Positions 1-9,333 are shown, numbered from the stretch's first letter. The stretch: 37,072 bases of DNA from Hydrogenophaga sp. (GCA_047636095.1 JBLIJY010000001.1:1-37072), one strand, 5' to 3'. Made by a program: numbers and translations. The notes: generated from the letters alone by a model not told the origin.

Positions 1-636
1 AAGGGCACCGAGAACAGTGGCCAGGCGGCCAGGACTTTGAACCTGAGCCTGGCGTGGAGCGCCGTGCAGGTGTGCCCACCGGTCAACGACCCCAAATACA
101 AGGGCTGCGAGCCATTGGACGCCTCGGTGTTGCGCGTCTGGGACGCACAGCACGCCGTCGAGTGGATTTTGTTGTTCACGGGCACCTTGAACAGCTTTGA
201 TGAGGCCGCGCAGTGCGTCGGCTGGTATGAGCAGCGCTGGAGCATTGAGGAGTTCCACAAGTGTCTCAAATCGGGCTGTCGCATCGAGCATTCGCAGCTC
301 AAACAAGCCCGGGCCGTCCAGGCGCTGCTCGGCTTCTCAAGCATTGTGGCGGTGCGGCTCCTGGCACTGGCTCGCCTGGCGCGAGCCAGGCCCGATGAAC
401 CGGCAGCACAGCACATCGAGGCCAGCTATCTGCGGGTTCTGTGCGCCATGCGCAAACTGCTCGCCGAGCTAACCGTGCGTGCGTACTGGAGAGAAGTTGC
501 CCGAATGGGCGGTTTCCTGGGCCGAACAAACGACAGAGACCCTGGGTGGCAGACACTTTGGAAAGGTTTAGAGAAGCTCGAAGCCTGGGTAGTGACTTGG
601 CTGGATGGTTTCGAGGAGGGGCGGACTTGTGGGTAA
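1..636 (+). CDS. IS4-family transposase, 5' partial
   Basis: Frame is open from base 1 (KGTENSGQAARTLNLSL...). IS4 YREK signature YEQRWSIEEFHKCLK and Tn5-like C-terminal segment GGFLGRTNDRDPGWQTLWKG. Confidence 0.92.
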   Translation, partial: KGTENSGQAARTLNLSLAWSAVQVCPPVNDPKYKGCEPLDASVLRVWDAQHAVEWILLFTGTLNSFDEAAQCVGWYEQRWSIEEFHKCLKSGCRIEHSQLKQARAVQALLGFSSIVAVRLLALARLARARPDEPAAQHIEASYLRVLCAMRKLLAELTVRAYWREVARMGGFLGRTNDRDPGWQTLWKGLEKLEAWVVTWLDGFEEGRTCG

Positions 637-643
637 TGACAAG
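625..643 (-). repeat. Putative right terminal inverted repeat of the IS4 element
   Basis: Reverse complement CTTGTCATTACCCACAAGT matches the Tn5 outside end CTGACTCTTATACACAAGT at 12 of 19 positions, including terminal CT and CACAAGT. The partner repeat is not in the window. Confidence 0.75.
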
Positions 644-757
644 TGCTTTAGCGCGGGGTAGTTGGCTGGGGATTCCTTGGTTGACACTGCTCTGTCGGAT
701 TTCTCGGCTCGCCTGCGAGTTCCAACGCATCAGACGGCTGAGGTCACTGGGGGCAAA

Positions 758-784
758 ACATCCGCTGACATCCGCTGACATCCG
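758..784. repeat. 10-bp tandem repeat (ACATCCGCTG) x2.7
   Basis: acatccgctg acatccgctg acatccg read directly, about 50 bp upstream of the PBP1A start. Confidence 0.9.
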
Positions 785-835
785 AAGGTGGTGCCCCTAC
801 ACCCGCTTCACAAGGGGCCCGGATAATCCAGACCC

Positions 836-3118
836 ATGCTTTTGCTGAAACTGCGCCGGGCGATTTTCGTCCTCGCCCTTGCTCCCGCCGCTCTTGTGGC
901 CACCGCACCGCGACCGGCCAGCGCCGCGCTGGTGGACTTGCCACCGATCGACCGCATCGTCAACTACCAGCCCAAGCTGCCACTGCAGGTGCTGACCGCC
1001 GACGGCGTGGAGATCGCGCAGTTCGGCAGCGAGCGGCGCGAATACGTGCCGCTGGCACGCACGCCCAAGCGGCTGCAAGACGCGGTGCTGGCGGTGGAAG
1101 ACGCGCGCTTTCGCGAACACAACGGCATCGACCCCAAGGGCATGGCACGCGCCGCCCTGGCCATGCTGACTGGCGGCCGCACCCAGGGTGCGAGCACCAT
1201 CACCCAGCAACTGGTGCGCACCATGCTGCTCACCCGCGAGCGCACGGTGGAGCGCAAGACCAAAGAAATTCTGCTGGCGTTCAAGGTGGAAGAGGCGCTG
1301 TCCAAAGACCGCATTCTGGAGATTTATCTCAACGAGATTTTTCTCGGCCAGCGCGCCTACGGTTTCGCCTCAGCCTCCAAGACCTACTTCGGCAAGCCGA
1401 TGGAGCAACTCTCGATTGCCGAGGCGGCCATGCTGGCCGGCTTGCCGCAAAACCCCTCCTACGCCAACCCGGTGACCAACTTTGAGCGCGCCACCGCACG
1501 CCAGCGCCTGGTGCTCGAACGCATGCGCGCGGTTGGTGCCATCACCGAGCAACAGCTGGCAGCGGCCCGGGCCGAGAAGCTGGTCATCCGCGAGCCTGGT
1601 CAGCGCAGTGTCGAGGCCGGCCATGTGGCTGAGATGGCGCGCCGCGCGGTGGTCGAGCGCTTCGGCACCGAAGCCTATTCGAGCGGCATCCGCGTTACCA
1701 CCTCGCTGCGCGCGGCCGACCAGCGCGCGGCGGTGGCGGCGGTGCAGCGCGGCGTGATGGCGCTGGAGGCCCGCAGCCCCTGGCGCGGTCCCGAGGACCA
1801 GATCGACCTGCCCCAAGCCGATGGCGCTGCGCTCAACAGCGCGATCGCCGACGGCCTGAAGGACGTGCGCGAAGACGACCTGCTGCGCGTGGCGGTGGTG
1901 CTGTCAGCCTCCGCGAAATCGGTGCAGGTGCAACTGGCCAATGGCGAACGCCTGAGCCTCCAGGGCGCCGGCCTGCGGCCCGCAGCCAGCGGGCTTTCAG
2001 CGAAAGCGAAACCGGCGCTCAAGGTCCAGCGCGGTTCGGTGGTGCGTGTGATGGCCAGCGGCAAAACATGGACGCTCACCCAGTGGCCCGAGACCGAGGC
2101 CGCGCTGGTCGCGCTCGACCCCGCCACAGGTCGTGTGCGTGCGCTAGTCGGCGGTTTCGACTTTGCACGCCAACCCTTCAACCACGTCACCCAGGGTTGG
2201 CGCCAGCCCGGCTCGGCCATCAAGCCATTGCTGGTGTCGGCCGCACTGGAGGCGCGCGTGATGCCCGCCACCGTGGTCGACGACCTTCCTTTCACGGCGC
2301 CCAACGGCTGGAGCCCCGGCAACAGCGGCGGCACCGCCTTGGGTCCAATCACCGTGCGCCAGGCGCTCGCGAAATCGAGCAACCTGGTGAGCGTGCGCCT
2401 GCTGCAGCACACCGGTACCCAGAGCGCACGCGACTGGACCGGGCGCTTCGGTCTGGACCCGGCGCGCCAGCCCGACAACCTGACCCTGGCGCTGGGCACC
2501 GGCCTGGTCACGCCGCTGCAGATGGCACAGGCCTACGGCACGCTGGCCAACGGTGGCTGGAAGGTGGACCCGGTGGTGATCGAGAAGATTACCGACGCGC
2601 GGGGCAAGGTGCTGTTCGAAGCGCCGCCTCCGGTGCCGCTCACCGACGACAGCCGCGCCATTCCCGCGCGCAACGCCTATGTGATGAACAGCGTGCTGGC
2701 CGATGTGACCCGCGTGGGCACCGCGGCGCGCGCGCAAGCCGTGCTGAAGCGCCCCGACATTTACGGCAAGACCGGCACCACCAACGATGTGGTCGACGCC
2801 TGGTTCGCCGGCTACCAGCCCACGCTGGCCACGGTGGTCTGGCTCGGCCACGACAAGCCACGCAGCCTGGGCGACCATGAGTCGGGTGGGCGCCTCGCGC
2901 TGCCGATCTGGATCGACTACATGGCCAGCGCCCTCAAGGGCGTACCGGTGGCACCGCCCGGCCCAGTGCCCGCTGGCCTGTTTCGCGAGAACGACGACTG
3001 GATCTACAGCGAATGGCAGAACGGCGGTGCAGTGGCTGCCATTTCGGACACCGCCGGAACGGCCTATGCTGGCCCGCCGACACTGATCGACGCCATCAAG
3101 GAGTGGTTCAAACCCTGA
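836..3118 (+). CDS. mrcA: Class A penicillin-binding protein 1A family (transglycosylase/transpeptidase)
   Basis: Glycosyltransferase motifs EDARF and GASTITQQL; transpeptidase motifs SAIK, SSN and KTGT; N-terminal hydrophobic segment. Probably a paralog, as pilMNOPQ is not adjacent. Confidence 0.92.
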   Translation: MLLLKLRRAIFVLALAPAALVATAPRPASAALVDLPPIDRIVNYQPKLPLQVLTADGVEIAQFGSERREYVPLARTPKRLQDAVLAVEDARFREHNGIDPKGMARAALAMLTGGRTQGASTITQQLVRTMLLTRERTVERKTKEILLAFKVEEALSKDRILEIYLNEIFLGQRAYGFASASKTYFGKPMEQLSIAEAAMLAGLPQNPSYANPVTNFERATARQRLVLERMRAVGAITEQQLAAARAEKLVIREPGQRSVEAGHVAEMARRAVVERFGTEAYSSGIRVTTSLRAADQRAAVAAVQRGVMALEARSPWRGPEDQIDLPQADGAALNSAIADGLKDVREDDLLRVAVVLSASAKSVQVQLANGERLSLQGAGLRPAASGLSAKAKPALKVQRGSVVRVMASGKTWTLTQWPETEAALVALDPATGRVRALVGGFDFARQPFNHVTQGWRQPGSAIKPLLVSAALEARVMPATVVDDLPFTAPNGWSPGNSGGTALGPITVRQALAKSSNLVSVRLLQHTGTQSARDWTGRFGLDPARQPDNLTLALGTGLVTPLQMAQAYGTLANGGWKVDPVVIEKITDARGKVLFEAPPPVPLTDDSRAIPARNAYVMNSVLADVTRVGTAARAQAVLKRPDIYGKTGTTNDVVDAWFAGYQPTLATVVWLGHDKPRSLGDHESGGRLALPIWIDYMASALKGVPVAPPGPVPAGLFRENDDWIYSEWQNGGAVAAISDTAGTAYAGPPTLIDAIKEWFKP

Positions 3119-3140
3119 GCGGCATCCGCTGAATCACCAC

Positions 3141-3170
3141 AAAAAAAGCCGACATTCCAGTCGGCTTTTT
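3141..3170. terminator. Bidirectional intrinsic terminator
   Basis: aaaaaaagccgac-attcca-gtcggcttttt between two convergent genes. Confidence 0.85.
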
Positions 3171-3196
3171 GTTGCTTGGATGGTCAGCCCAATGGT

Positions 3197-4177
3197 TCAG
3201 CCGGCGCAGATACGCGCCTTCGCCTCGGCGTACTCGCGCTTGAAACGCGCCACCAGATCGGCTGCCGGCATCACCTCTCGGATGGCGCCGATGCCCTGGC
3301 CACAGCCCCAGATGTCCTTCCAGGCCTTGGCGGCGTTGGCGCCTTCACCGGTGGAGAAGTTCATCTTGCTCGGGTCGCTCTCGGGCAGCTTGTCCGGGTC
3401 CATGCCGGCGTTCTTGATGCTGCCCTTCAAATAGTTGCCGTGGATGCCGGTGTAGAAGTTGCTGTAGACAATGTCGTCCGAGTTGCTCTCGGTGATCATC
3501 TGCTTGTAGCCGTCGACCGCGCGCGCTTCGGTGGTGGCGATGAAGGCCGAACCGATGTAAGCGAAGTCCGCGCCCATGGCTTGTGCTGCCAGGACCGCGC
3601 CACCCGAGGAAATCGAGCCTGACAGAGCGATCGGGCCGCCAAACCACTCACGAAGCTCTTGCACCATGGCAAACGGACTCTTCACGCTGGCGTGACCCCC
3701 GGCGCCGGCGGCCACGGGGATCAGGCCATCGGCGCCCTTCTCGATCGCCTTGTGGGCGAACACGTTGTTGATCACGTCGTGCAACACCACCCCGCCCCAG
3801 GCCTGCACACCCTTGTTCACGTCTTCTCGCGCGCCCAGGCTGGTGATGATGATCGGCACCTTGTACTTGGCGCACACCTGCATGTCGTGCTCCAGTCGGT
3901 CGTTGCTCTTGTGCACGATCTGGTTGATGGCGAACGGCGCCGCCAGATTGTCGGGATTCGCTTTGTCGTGAGCGGCCAACGCTTCGGTGATCTCGGCCAA
4001 CCACTCATCGAGTTGCGAAGCGGGTCGCGCGTTGAGCGCTGGCATGGAGCCGACCACGCCAGCCTTGCACTGCGCAATCACCAGCGCTGGGTTGCTGATG
4101 ATGAACAGCGGTGAGCCGATCACGGGGAATTTGATGTTCTTCAGAACGGGCGGCAGGGTGCGCGCGGGTGCGGTCAT
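3197..4177 (-). CDS. Nitronate monooxygenase / 2-nitropropane dioxygenase family flavoprotein
   Basis: PVIGSPLFIIS, AGAGGHA, AYIGSAFIAT and AWKDIWGCGQGIG. Start moved to ATG 4177, which has a GGAG Shine-Dalgarno; the longer ORF overlaps the upstream gene. Confidence 0.88.
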   Translation of the reverse strand: MTAPARTLPPVLKNIKFPVIGSPLFIISNPALVIAQCKAGVVGSMPALNARPASQLDEWLAEITEALAAHDKANPDNLAAPFAINQIVHKSNDRLEHDMQVCAKYKVPIIITSLGAREDVNKGVQAWGGVVLHDVINNVFAHKAIEKGADGLIPVAAGAGGHASVKSPFAMVQELREWFGGPIALSGSISSGGAVLAAQAMGADFAYIGSAFIATTEARAVDGYKQMITESNSDDIVYSNFYTGIHGNYLKGSIKNAGMDPDKLPESDPSKMNFSTGEGANAAKAWKDIWGCGQGIGAIREVMPAADLVARFKREYAEAKARICAG

Positions 4178-4271
4178 GGTGTCTCCAGATGGGGGTTCGG
4201 TGGATTTTGGGCGCAGCGCGTCTACCGCCGTGTCGGTACGGCGACAGTGCAGGCGCGGGGTCAGGCGCGAC

Positions 4272-6065
4272 TCAGAACGCTTCGGCCGCCAGCGCAGTGA
4301 CCGCCTCAGCGCCTTCGACGATGGCGTCGCGCATGCCTGGCGTGCGGCTGAGGATGTGGTCGGCGTAGAAACGCGCGGTGGTGATCTTGCTTTGCATGAA
4401 CGCGGCGTCTGCGGTACCCGCGGCCAGTTGATCCTCGGCCACCAGCAAGGCACGCGCCATCTGCCAGCCTGCCATCAGATTGCCCGCCAGCATCAGGTAC
4501 GGCACACTGCCGGCAAAGGCGGCATTGGGGTTGCTGCGGGTGTTGGCGGCGATGAATTCCACCACATCCACGAAGGCTTCACGCGCGGCTGTCAGGCGTC
4601 TGGCGACGGCGAGGGACTGGGCGCTGCCACGCGTGACCAACTCCGCTTCCGTCTTCTCGATCTGGGCCGCGATGGCCTTGGCACCGGCGCCGCCGTCGCG
4701 GGCCGTCTTGCGGCCCACCAGGTCGTTGGCCTGGATCGCGGTCGTGCCTTCGTAGATGGTGAGAATTTTGGCGTCGCGGTAGTACTGCGCTGCACCGGTT
4801 TCCTCAATGAAGCCCATGCCGCCGTGCACCTGCACGCCCAGCGAGGTCACGTCCAGGCTCATCTCGGTGCTGAAGCCTTTGACCAGCGGCACCATGAAAT
4901 CGTAGAAAGCCGCGTTTTCCTTGCGAACGGCCGCGTCAGGGTGGTGGTGCGCCGCGTCAAAAGCCGCTGCGGCCACCGCTGCCATCGAACGGCAGCCTTC
5001 GGTGTAAGCGCGCATGGTCATGAGCATGCGCTTGACATCAGGATGGTGAATGATGGGCGAGGCCGCGCTCAGGCTGCCGTCGACGGGGCGGCTCTGCACC
5101 CGGTCCTTGGCGTAGCCCACCGCCTTCTGATAGGCGCGCTCGGCGATCGCAATGCCCTGCACGCCCACCGCGTAGCGCGCGGCGTTCATCATGATGAACA
5201 TGTACTCCAGGCCCCGGTTTTCCTGGCCCACGATGTAGCCCGCCGCACCACCATGGTCACCGTATTGCAGCACTGCGGTCGGGCTGGCCTTAATGCCCAT
5301 CTTGTGCTCGATGGACACGCAGTGCACGTCGTTGCGCTCGCCCAGTGAGCCGTCTTGGTTCACCATGAATTTGGGCACCACAAACAGGCTGATGCCTTTC
5401 ACGCCTTCGGGCGCACCGGTCACGCGCGCCAGCACCAGGTGCACGATGTTCTCGGCCATGTCGTGCTCACCGTAGGTGATGTAGATCTTGGTGCCGAACA
5501 CCTTGTAGGTGCCATCGGGCTGCGGTTCGGCGCGGCTGCGCACCGCGGCCAGGTCGCTGCCGGCCTGCGGCTCGGTGAGGTTCATCGTGCCAGTCCACTG
5601 ACCGCTCACCAGCTTTTCCAGGTAAGTCGCCTTGAGCTCGTCGCTGCCGGCGGTCAGCAAAGCTTCGATGGCGCCGTCGGTCAGCAGCGGGCACAGCGCA
5701 AAACTCATGTTGGCGCTGTTGAGCATTTCGCCGCAGGCAGCACCTATGGTCTTGGGCAGGCCTTGGCCGCCAAAGTCCACCGGGTGCTGCAAACCTTGCC
5801 AGCCGCCTTCGGTGTACTGCTTGAAAGCTTCTTTGAAACCGGGCGTGGTTGTCACCACACCGGCCTTGAAGGTCGACGGGTTCTTATCGCCTTCCCAGTT
5901 CAGCGGCGCCAGCACGCCTTCGTTGAGCTTGGCGCACTCTTCCAGCACCGCCTGCGCGGTTTCCAGGCCAGCGTCTTCAAAGCCAGGCATCGCAGCCACT
6001 TGGTCGATGCGAGCCAGGTGCTCGATGTTGAACAGCATGTCTTTCAGCGGTGCGGTGTAGCTCAT
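4272..6065 (-). CDS. Acyl-CoA dehydrogenase (about 600-aa class)
   Basis: GTMNLTEPQAGSDL, GTKIYITYGEHD, QVHGGMGFIEETG and IYEGTTAIQ; directly downstream of etfA. Confidence 0.95.
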   Translation of the reverse strand: MSYTAPLKDMLFNIEHLARIDQVAAMPGFEDAGLETAQAVLEECAKLNEGVLAPLNWEGDKNPSTFKAGVVTTTPGFKEAFKQYTEGGWQGLQHPVDFGGQGLPKTIGAACGEMLNSANMSFALCPLLTDGAIEALLTAGSDELKATYLEKLVSGQWTGTMNLTEPQAGSDLAAVRSRAEPQPDGTYKVFGTKIYITYGEHDMAENIVHLVLARVTGAPEGVKGISLFVVPKFMVNQDGSLGERNDVHCVSIEHKMGIKASPTAVLQYGDHGGAAGYIVGQENRGLEYMFIMMNAARYAVGVQGIAIAERAYQKAVGYAKDRVQSRPVDGSLSAASPIIHHPDVKRMLMTMRAYTEGCRSMAAVAAAAFDAAHHHPDAAVRKENAAFYDFMVPLVKGFSTEMSLDVTSLGVQVHGGMGFIEETGAAQYYRDAKILTIYEGTTAIQANDLVGRKTARDGGAGAKAIAAQIEKTEAELVTRGSAQSLAVARRLTAAREAFVDVVEFIAANTRSNPNAAFAGSVPYLMLAGNLMAGWQMARALLVAEDQLAAGTADAAFMQSKITTARFYADHILSRTPGMRDAIVEGAEAVTALAAEAF

Positions 6066-6095
6066 GGGGAGTCTCTTGATTGGCAGGAAAAGAAT

Positions 6096-6124
6096 AGAAA
6101 AAAGGGCATCGAAAACGATGCCCT
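6096..6124 (-). terminator. Intrinsic terminator-like hairpin after etfA
   Basis: Minus strand agggcatcg-tttt-cgatgccct followed by a T run. Confidence 0.7.
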
Positions 6125-6142
6125 GTCGGGGAGGTGGCTGGC

Positions 6143-7075
6143 TTACAGCGCCTTGATCAGCTCAGGCACAGCCACGAACAGATCGGCTTCCAGGCCGTAG
6201 TCGGCGACACCAAAGATCGGTGCTTCGGGATCTTTGTTGATCGCCACGATCACTTTGGAGTCTTTCATGCCAGCCAGGTGCTGGATGGCACCGCTGATAC
6301 CCGCCGCGATGTAAAGCTGGGGTGCGACGATCTTGCCGGTCTGGCCGACCTGCCAGTCGTTGGGCGCGTAGCCCGCGTCCACCGCAGCGCGGCTGGCGCC
6401 CAGTGCGGCACCGAGCTTGTCGGCCAGCGGCGTCATGATTTCGTCGAACTTCTCGCTGGAGCCCAACGCGCGACCGCCGGAGACGATGACCTTGGCCGCC
6501 GTGAGTTCGGGCCGGTCACTCTTGGCGATCTCGCTGCCCAGGAAGGCGGTCTTGCCGCTGTCGGCCACAGCCGCCATGGTTTCCACGGCCGCGCTGCCGC
6601 CAGATGCAGCGGCCGGGTCGAAGCCGGTGGTGCGCACCGTGATCACTTTGGTGGCGTCGCTGCTTTGCACCGTGGCCATCGCGTTGCCGGCGTAGATCGG
6701 GCGCTCGAACGTGTCGGGCGATTCGACCTTAGTGATGTCGCTAATCTGTGCCACATCAAGCTTGGCGGCCACGCGTGGCGCAATATTCTTGCCGCTGGCA
6801 GTGGCTGGAAACAGGATGTGGCTGTAGTTCGACGCGATGGCCAGCACCTGAGCGGCCATGCTCTCGGCCAGGCCGTGTTCCAGGTAGGCCGCATCGGCGT
6901 GGATGACCTTGGTCACGCCCGCGATGGCAGCAGCAGCTTTGGCTGCCTCACCCGCGTTGTGGCCCGCCACCAGCACATGCACATCGCCACCGCACTCGGC
7001 AGCTGCGGTCACGGTGTTGAGGGTGGCGCCTTTGATGGCGGCGTTGTTGTGTTCGGCAATAACAAGAGCGGTCAT
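6143..7075 (-). CDS. etfA: Electron transfer flavoprotein alpha subunit
   Basis: [35 protein letters not shown]-binding signature. Confidence 0.97.
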   Translation of the reverse strand: MTALVIAEHNNAAIKGATLNTVTAAAECGGDVHVLVAGHNAGEAAKAAAAIAGVTKVIHADAAYLEHGLAESMAAQVLAIASNYSHILFPATASGKNIAPRVAAKLDVAQISDITKVESPDTFERPIYAGNAMATVQSSDATKVITVRTTGFDPAAASGGSAAVETMAAVADSGKTAFLGSEIAKSDRPELTAAKVIVSGGRALGSSEKFDEIMTPLADKLGAALGASRAAVDAGYAPNDWQVGQTGKIVAPQLYIAAGISGAIQHLAGMKDSKVIVAINKDPEAPIFGVADYGLEADLFVAVPELIKAL

Positions 7076-7076
7076 A

Positions 7077-7826
7077 TCAAATCACCTTGGCTTCGTTTTT
7101 GAGTTTTTCAACGAGTGCAGCGACATCGGGCACCATGATGCCGGCGCCGCGTTTGGGCGGCTCGCTGACCTTGAGCGTTTTGAGGCGCGGCTTCACGTCC
7201 ACACCCAGGTCCTCGGGCTTGAGCGTTTCCAGCGGCTTTTTCTTCGCCTTCATGATGTTGGGCAGCGTCACATAGCGTGGCTCGTTCAGGCGCAGGTCGG
7301 TGGTGATGACACCAGGCAGCGTGATCGCCAGCGTCTCCAAGCCGCCATCAACCTCGCGAGTGACATGCGCCTTGCCATCGGCCACTTCGACCTTGTTGGC
7401 GAAGGTGGCCTGCGGCAGGTCGGCCAACGCGGCGAGCATCTGGCCGGTCTGGTTGCAGTCGTCATCGATCGCCTGCTTGCCCAGAATGATCAGGCCCGGC
7501 TGTTCTTTGTCCACCAGCGCTTTGAGCAGCTTGGCCACGGCCAGCGGCTGCAGTTCTTCGCTGGTTTCCACCAGGATGGCGCGGTCGGCACCAATCGCCA
7601 TGGCGGTGCGCAGGGTTTCGGTGCACTTGGCATCGCCGCAAGAGACCACGATTACCTCGGTGGCCACGCCTTTTTCTCTCAAGCGCACCGCCTCTTCCAC
7701 CGCGATTTCGTCAAACGGGTTCATGCTCATCTTGACGTTGGCGATGTCCACACCGCTGCCATCGCTCTTGACGCGGACTTTGACGTTGTAGTCGACAACG
7801 CGCTTGACGGGGACGAGGACCTTCAT
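7077..7826 (-). CDS. etfB: Electron transfer flavoprotein beta subunit
   Basis: [33 protein letters not shown] and DLRLNEPRY. Confidence 0.97.
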   Translation of the reverse strand: MKVLVPVKRVVDYNVKVRVKSDGSGVDIANVKMSMNPFDEIAVEEAVRLREKGVATEVIVVSCGDAKCTETLRTAMAIGADRAILVETSEELQPLAVAKLLKALVDKEQPGLIILGKQAIDDDCNQTGQMLAALADLPQATFANKVEVADGKAHVTREVDGGLETLAITLPGVITTDLRLNEPRYVTLPNIMKAKKKPLETLKPEDLGVDVKPRLKTLKVSEPPKRGAGIMVPDVAALVEKLKNEAKVI

Positions 7827-7871
7827 GATCGGTGGCTCCTGATGTTGTTAAACGGAAAAAGGGCTGACGCG

Positions 7872-7900
7872 TTGACGTGCACGTCAATTCAAACATTGTA
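7872..7900 (-). promoter_or_regulatory. etfB proximal promoter (-10 TACAAT) with LiuR-like operator
   Basis: Perfect 16-bp palindrome TTGACGTGCACGTCAA at 7872-7887, resembling the recalled MerR-family LiuR box. Minus-strand TACAAT at 7900-7895. Confidence 0.72.
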
Positions 7901-7967
7901 TGCCTGCCCTCTGCACAGTCTCCTGGCGTGGGGGTCTGAAAGAGTCAGTTTGGCTGGGACAGCGTTA

Positions 7968-7995
7968 AATCGAACGATCGTGCTTTTTTATTATA
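7968..7995 (-). promoter_or_regulatory. etfB distal promoter (-10 TATAAT) with FadP-like operator
   Basis: AATCGAACGATCGTGCTTTT at 7968-7987 (near-palindromic core GAACGATCGTGC), resembling the recalled Burkholderiales TetR-family FadP box. Minus-strand TATAAT at 7995-7990. Confidence 0.68.
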
Positions 7996-8076
7996 GATCA
8001 TGAATTTCCGCCTGGTGTCGACCGGACGGAAGAAACCGGACACACAGGTCTGTCAACCCGTTACACAACGGCCCGC

Positions 8077-8102
8077 ATTGACCAACCGATCGGTCGGTTA
8101 AT
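8077..8102. promoter_or_regulatory. TetR-type palindromic operator (PaaR-like) upstream of dctP
   Basis: ATTGACCAACCGATCGGTCGGTTAAT, 26 bp with 11 of 13 symmetric pairs. Candidate -10 TATAGT at 8140-8145. Confidence 0.55.
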
Positions 8103-8232
8103 TCGGGTAAATCTGGAGGCGCAAGCGAAATGGCCCCGCTATAGTAAAAAAGTGCGTGCCTGACAACGCTCGACCGCAAAAATCCCAACCTTCGCCTGCT
8201 CTCTCATCCCCAACCCTGGAGATCCAGACCCC

Positions 8233-9240
8233 ATGAAATTTACCCCCGCACTGCTCGCCATCGGCGCCACCACTTTCATGATGGGCGCATCGGCCCAAAC
8301 GGTGTTCACCGTCTCCACCTGGCTGCCGCCCACCCACACCGTCAGCGTGTCGCAGAAAACCTGGTGTGATCGGCTGGAGGCTGAGAGCAGCAGCCGCATG
8401 AAGTGCAACATCCTGCCCAAGGGCGTGGTCGCCGCCCCTGGCACCTTCGACGCGGTACGCGATGGCCTGGCCGATATTTCCTACACGGTGGACGGCTACA
8501 CACCAGGGCGTTTTGTGATGACCCAGGTGGCCGAGTTTCCGTTTCTGGGCAACAGCGCCACCGAAACGTCCGTCGCTTACCAGCGCGTCTACAACAAGTA
8601 CTTCGCTCCGATGGGCGAACACAAAGGCGTGAAGGTGCTGGGCGTGTTCACGCATGGCCCTGGCATCATCTTCAACGCCAAGAAACCGGTGCTGTCGGCA
8701 GCCGAGGCAGCCTCACTGAAGTTCCGCGTCGGTGGCGGCAACATCAACGAGCTGTCCAAGGCCATGGGCTGGAACACCACACTCAAGGCAGCGCCCGAGT
8801 CGTTCGAGCTGCTGTCCACCGGCGTGATGGACGGCACCTTCTTCCCCGACGAATCGGTCACCTCGTTCAAGCTGAGCATGATCAAGTACGCGACCACCTT
8901 CCCCGGCGGCCTCTACAACACCAGCTTTGTGTTCATGATGAACCAGGACAAGTACAACGGGCTGTCCGCGCCAGACAAGGCCGTGGTGGACAAGCTCTCG
9001 GGCGAACCGGTTGCGCGCCTGTTCGGCGAAGGCTGGGACAAGCTCGACGCCGCCAGTCGCGAGAACCAGAAGACCCAGGGCGTGCAGCGCGTGGTAGCCA
9101 ACAAGGCCTTTCAGCAAGCGGTCGCCGACAAGCAGGACTACCTGGAGACCAAGTGGGCTGCGGCAGCTCAGGTCAAAGGTCTGAAAAATCCAAAAGCGGT
9201 ACTGGCTGAGTTCCGAACAGAAATCGCCAAGGTGAAATAA
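8233..9240 (+). CDS. dctP: TRAP transporter substrate-binding protein
   Basis: Signal peptide; FDAVRDGLADI, YTPGRF, LKFRVGG (carboxylate-binding Arg retained) and LSTGVMDG; followed by dctQ and dctM. Confidence 0.92.
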   Translation: MKFTPALLAIGATTFMMGASAQTVFTVSTWLPPTHTVSVSQKTWCDRLEAESSSRMKCNILPKGVVAAPGTFDAVRDGLADISYTVDGYTPGRFVMTQVAEFPFLGNSATETSVAYQRVYNKYFAPMGEHKGVKVLGVFTHGPGIIFNAKKPVLSAAEAASLKFRVGGGNINELSKAMGWNTTLKAAPESFELLSTGVMDGTFFPDESVTSFKLSMIKYATTFPGGLYNTSFVFMMNQDKYNGLSAPDKAVVDKLSGEPVARLFGEGWDKLDAASRENQKTQGVQRVVANKAFQQAVADKQDYLETKWAAAAQVKGLKNPKAVLAEFRTEIAKVK

Positions 9241-9267
9241 GCGCTGCGTCACCCGCATCACCTGTGC

Positions 9268-9309
9268 GCCGGCGGGACTGCTATTTCATGGCAGCCCCGC
9301 CGGTTTTTT
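9268..9309 (+). terminator. Terminator-like hairpin between dctP and dctQ
   Basis: gccggcgggactgcta-tttca-tggcagccccgccggt followed by a T run. Confidence 0.7.
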
Positions 9310-9333
9310 ATTGACTTGGTCCAACCCATCCCC

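Larger units (their letters stand above)
1..643 (+). mobile_element. IS4-family (IS50/Tn5-like) insertion sequence, right part; left end outside the window
   Basis: Transposase C-terminus whose stop codon lies inside a 19-bp end sequence (625-643) resembling the IS50 outside end. Confidence 0.88.

Noticed and set aside
758-784. Tandem repeats as a possible CRISPR array (also 35667-35801)
   Set aside because: No unique spacers, unsuitable repeat lengths and no cas genes.
825-838. ATCCAGACCC(C)ATG shared by the PBP1A and dctP start regions (825-838 and 8222-8235)
   Set aside because: Short C/A-rich pre-start sequences are common here and the two genes have no evident link; likely chance.
3987-5348. 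Long antisense ORFs (for example 3987-5348, 6134-7102, 24202-25245, 28371-29693)
   Set aside because: They shadow well-conserved genes on the opposite strand, have no recognisable motifs and are expected from high-GC codon bias.
7888-7904. TTCAAACATTGTATGCC as a PsrA-like operator
   Set aside because: Only one good half-site and the spacing is off; it is better explained by the overlapping -10 element.
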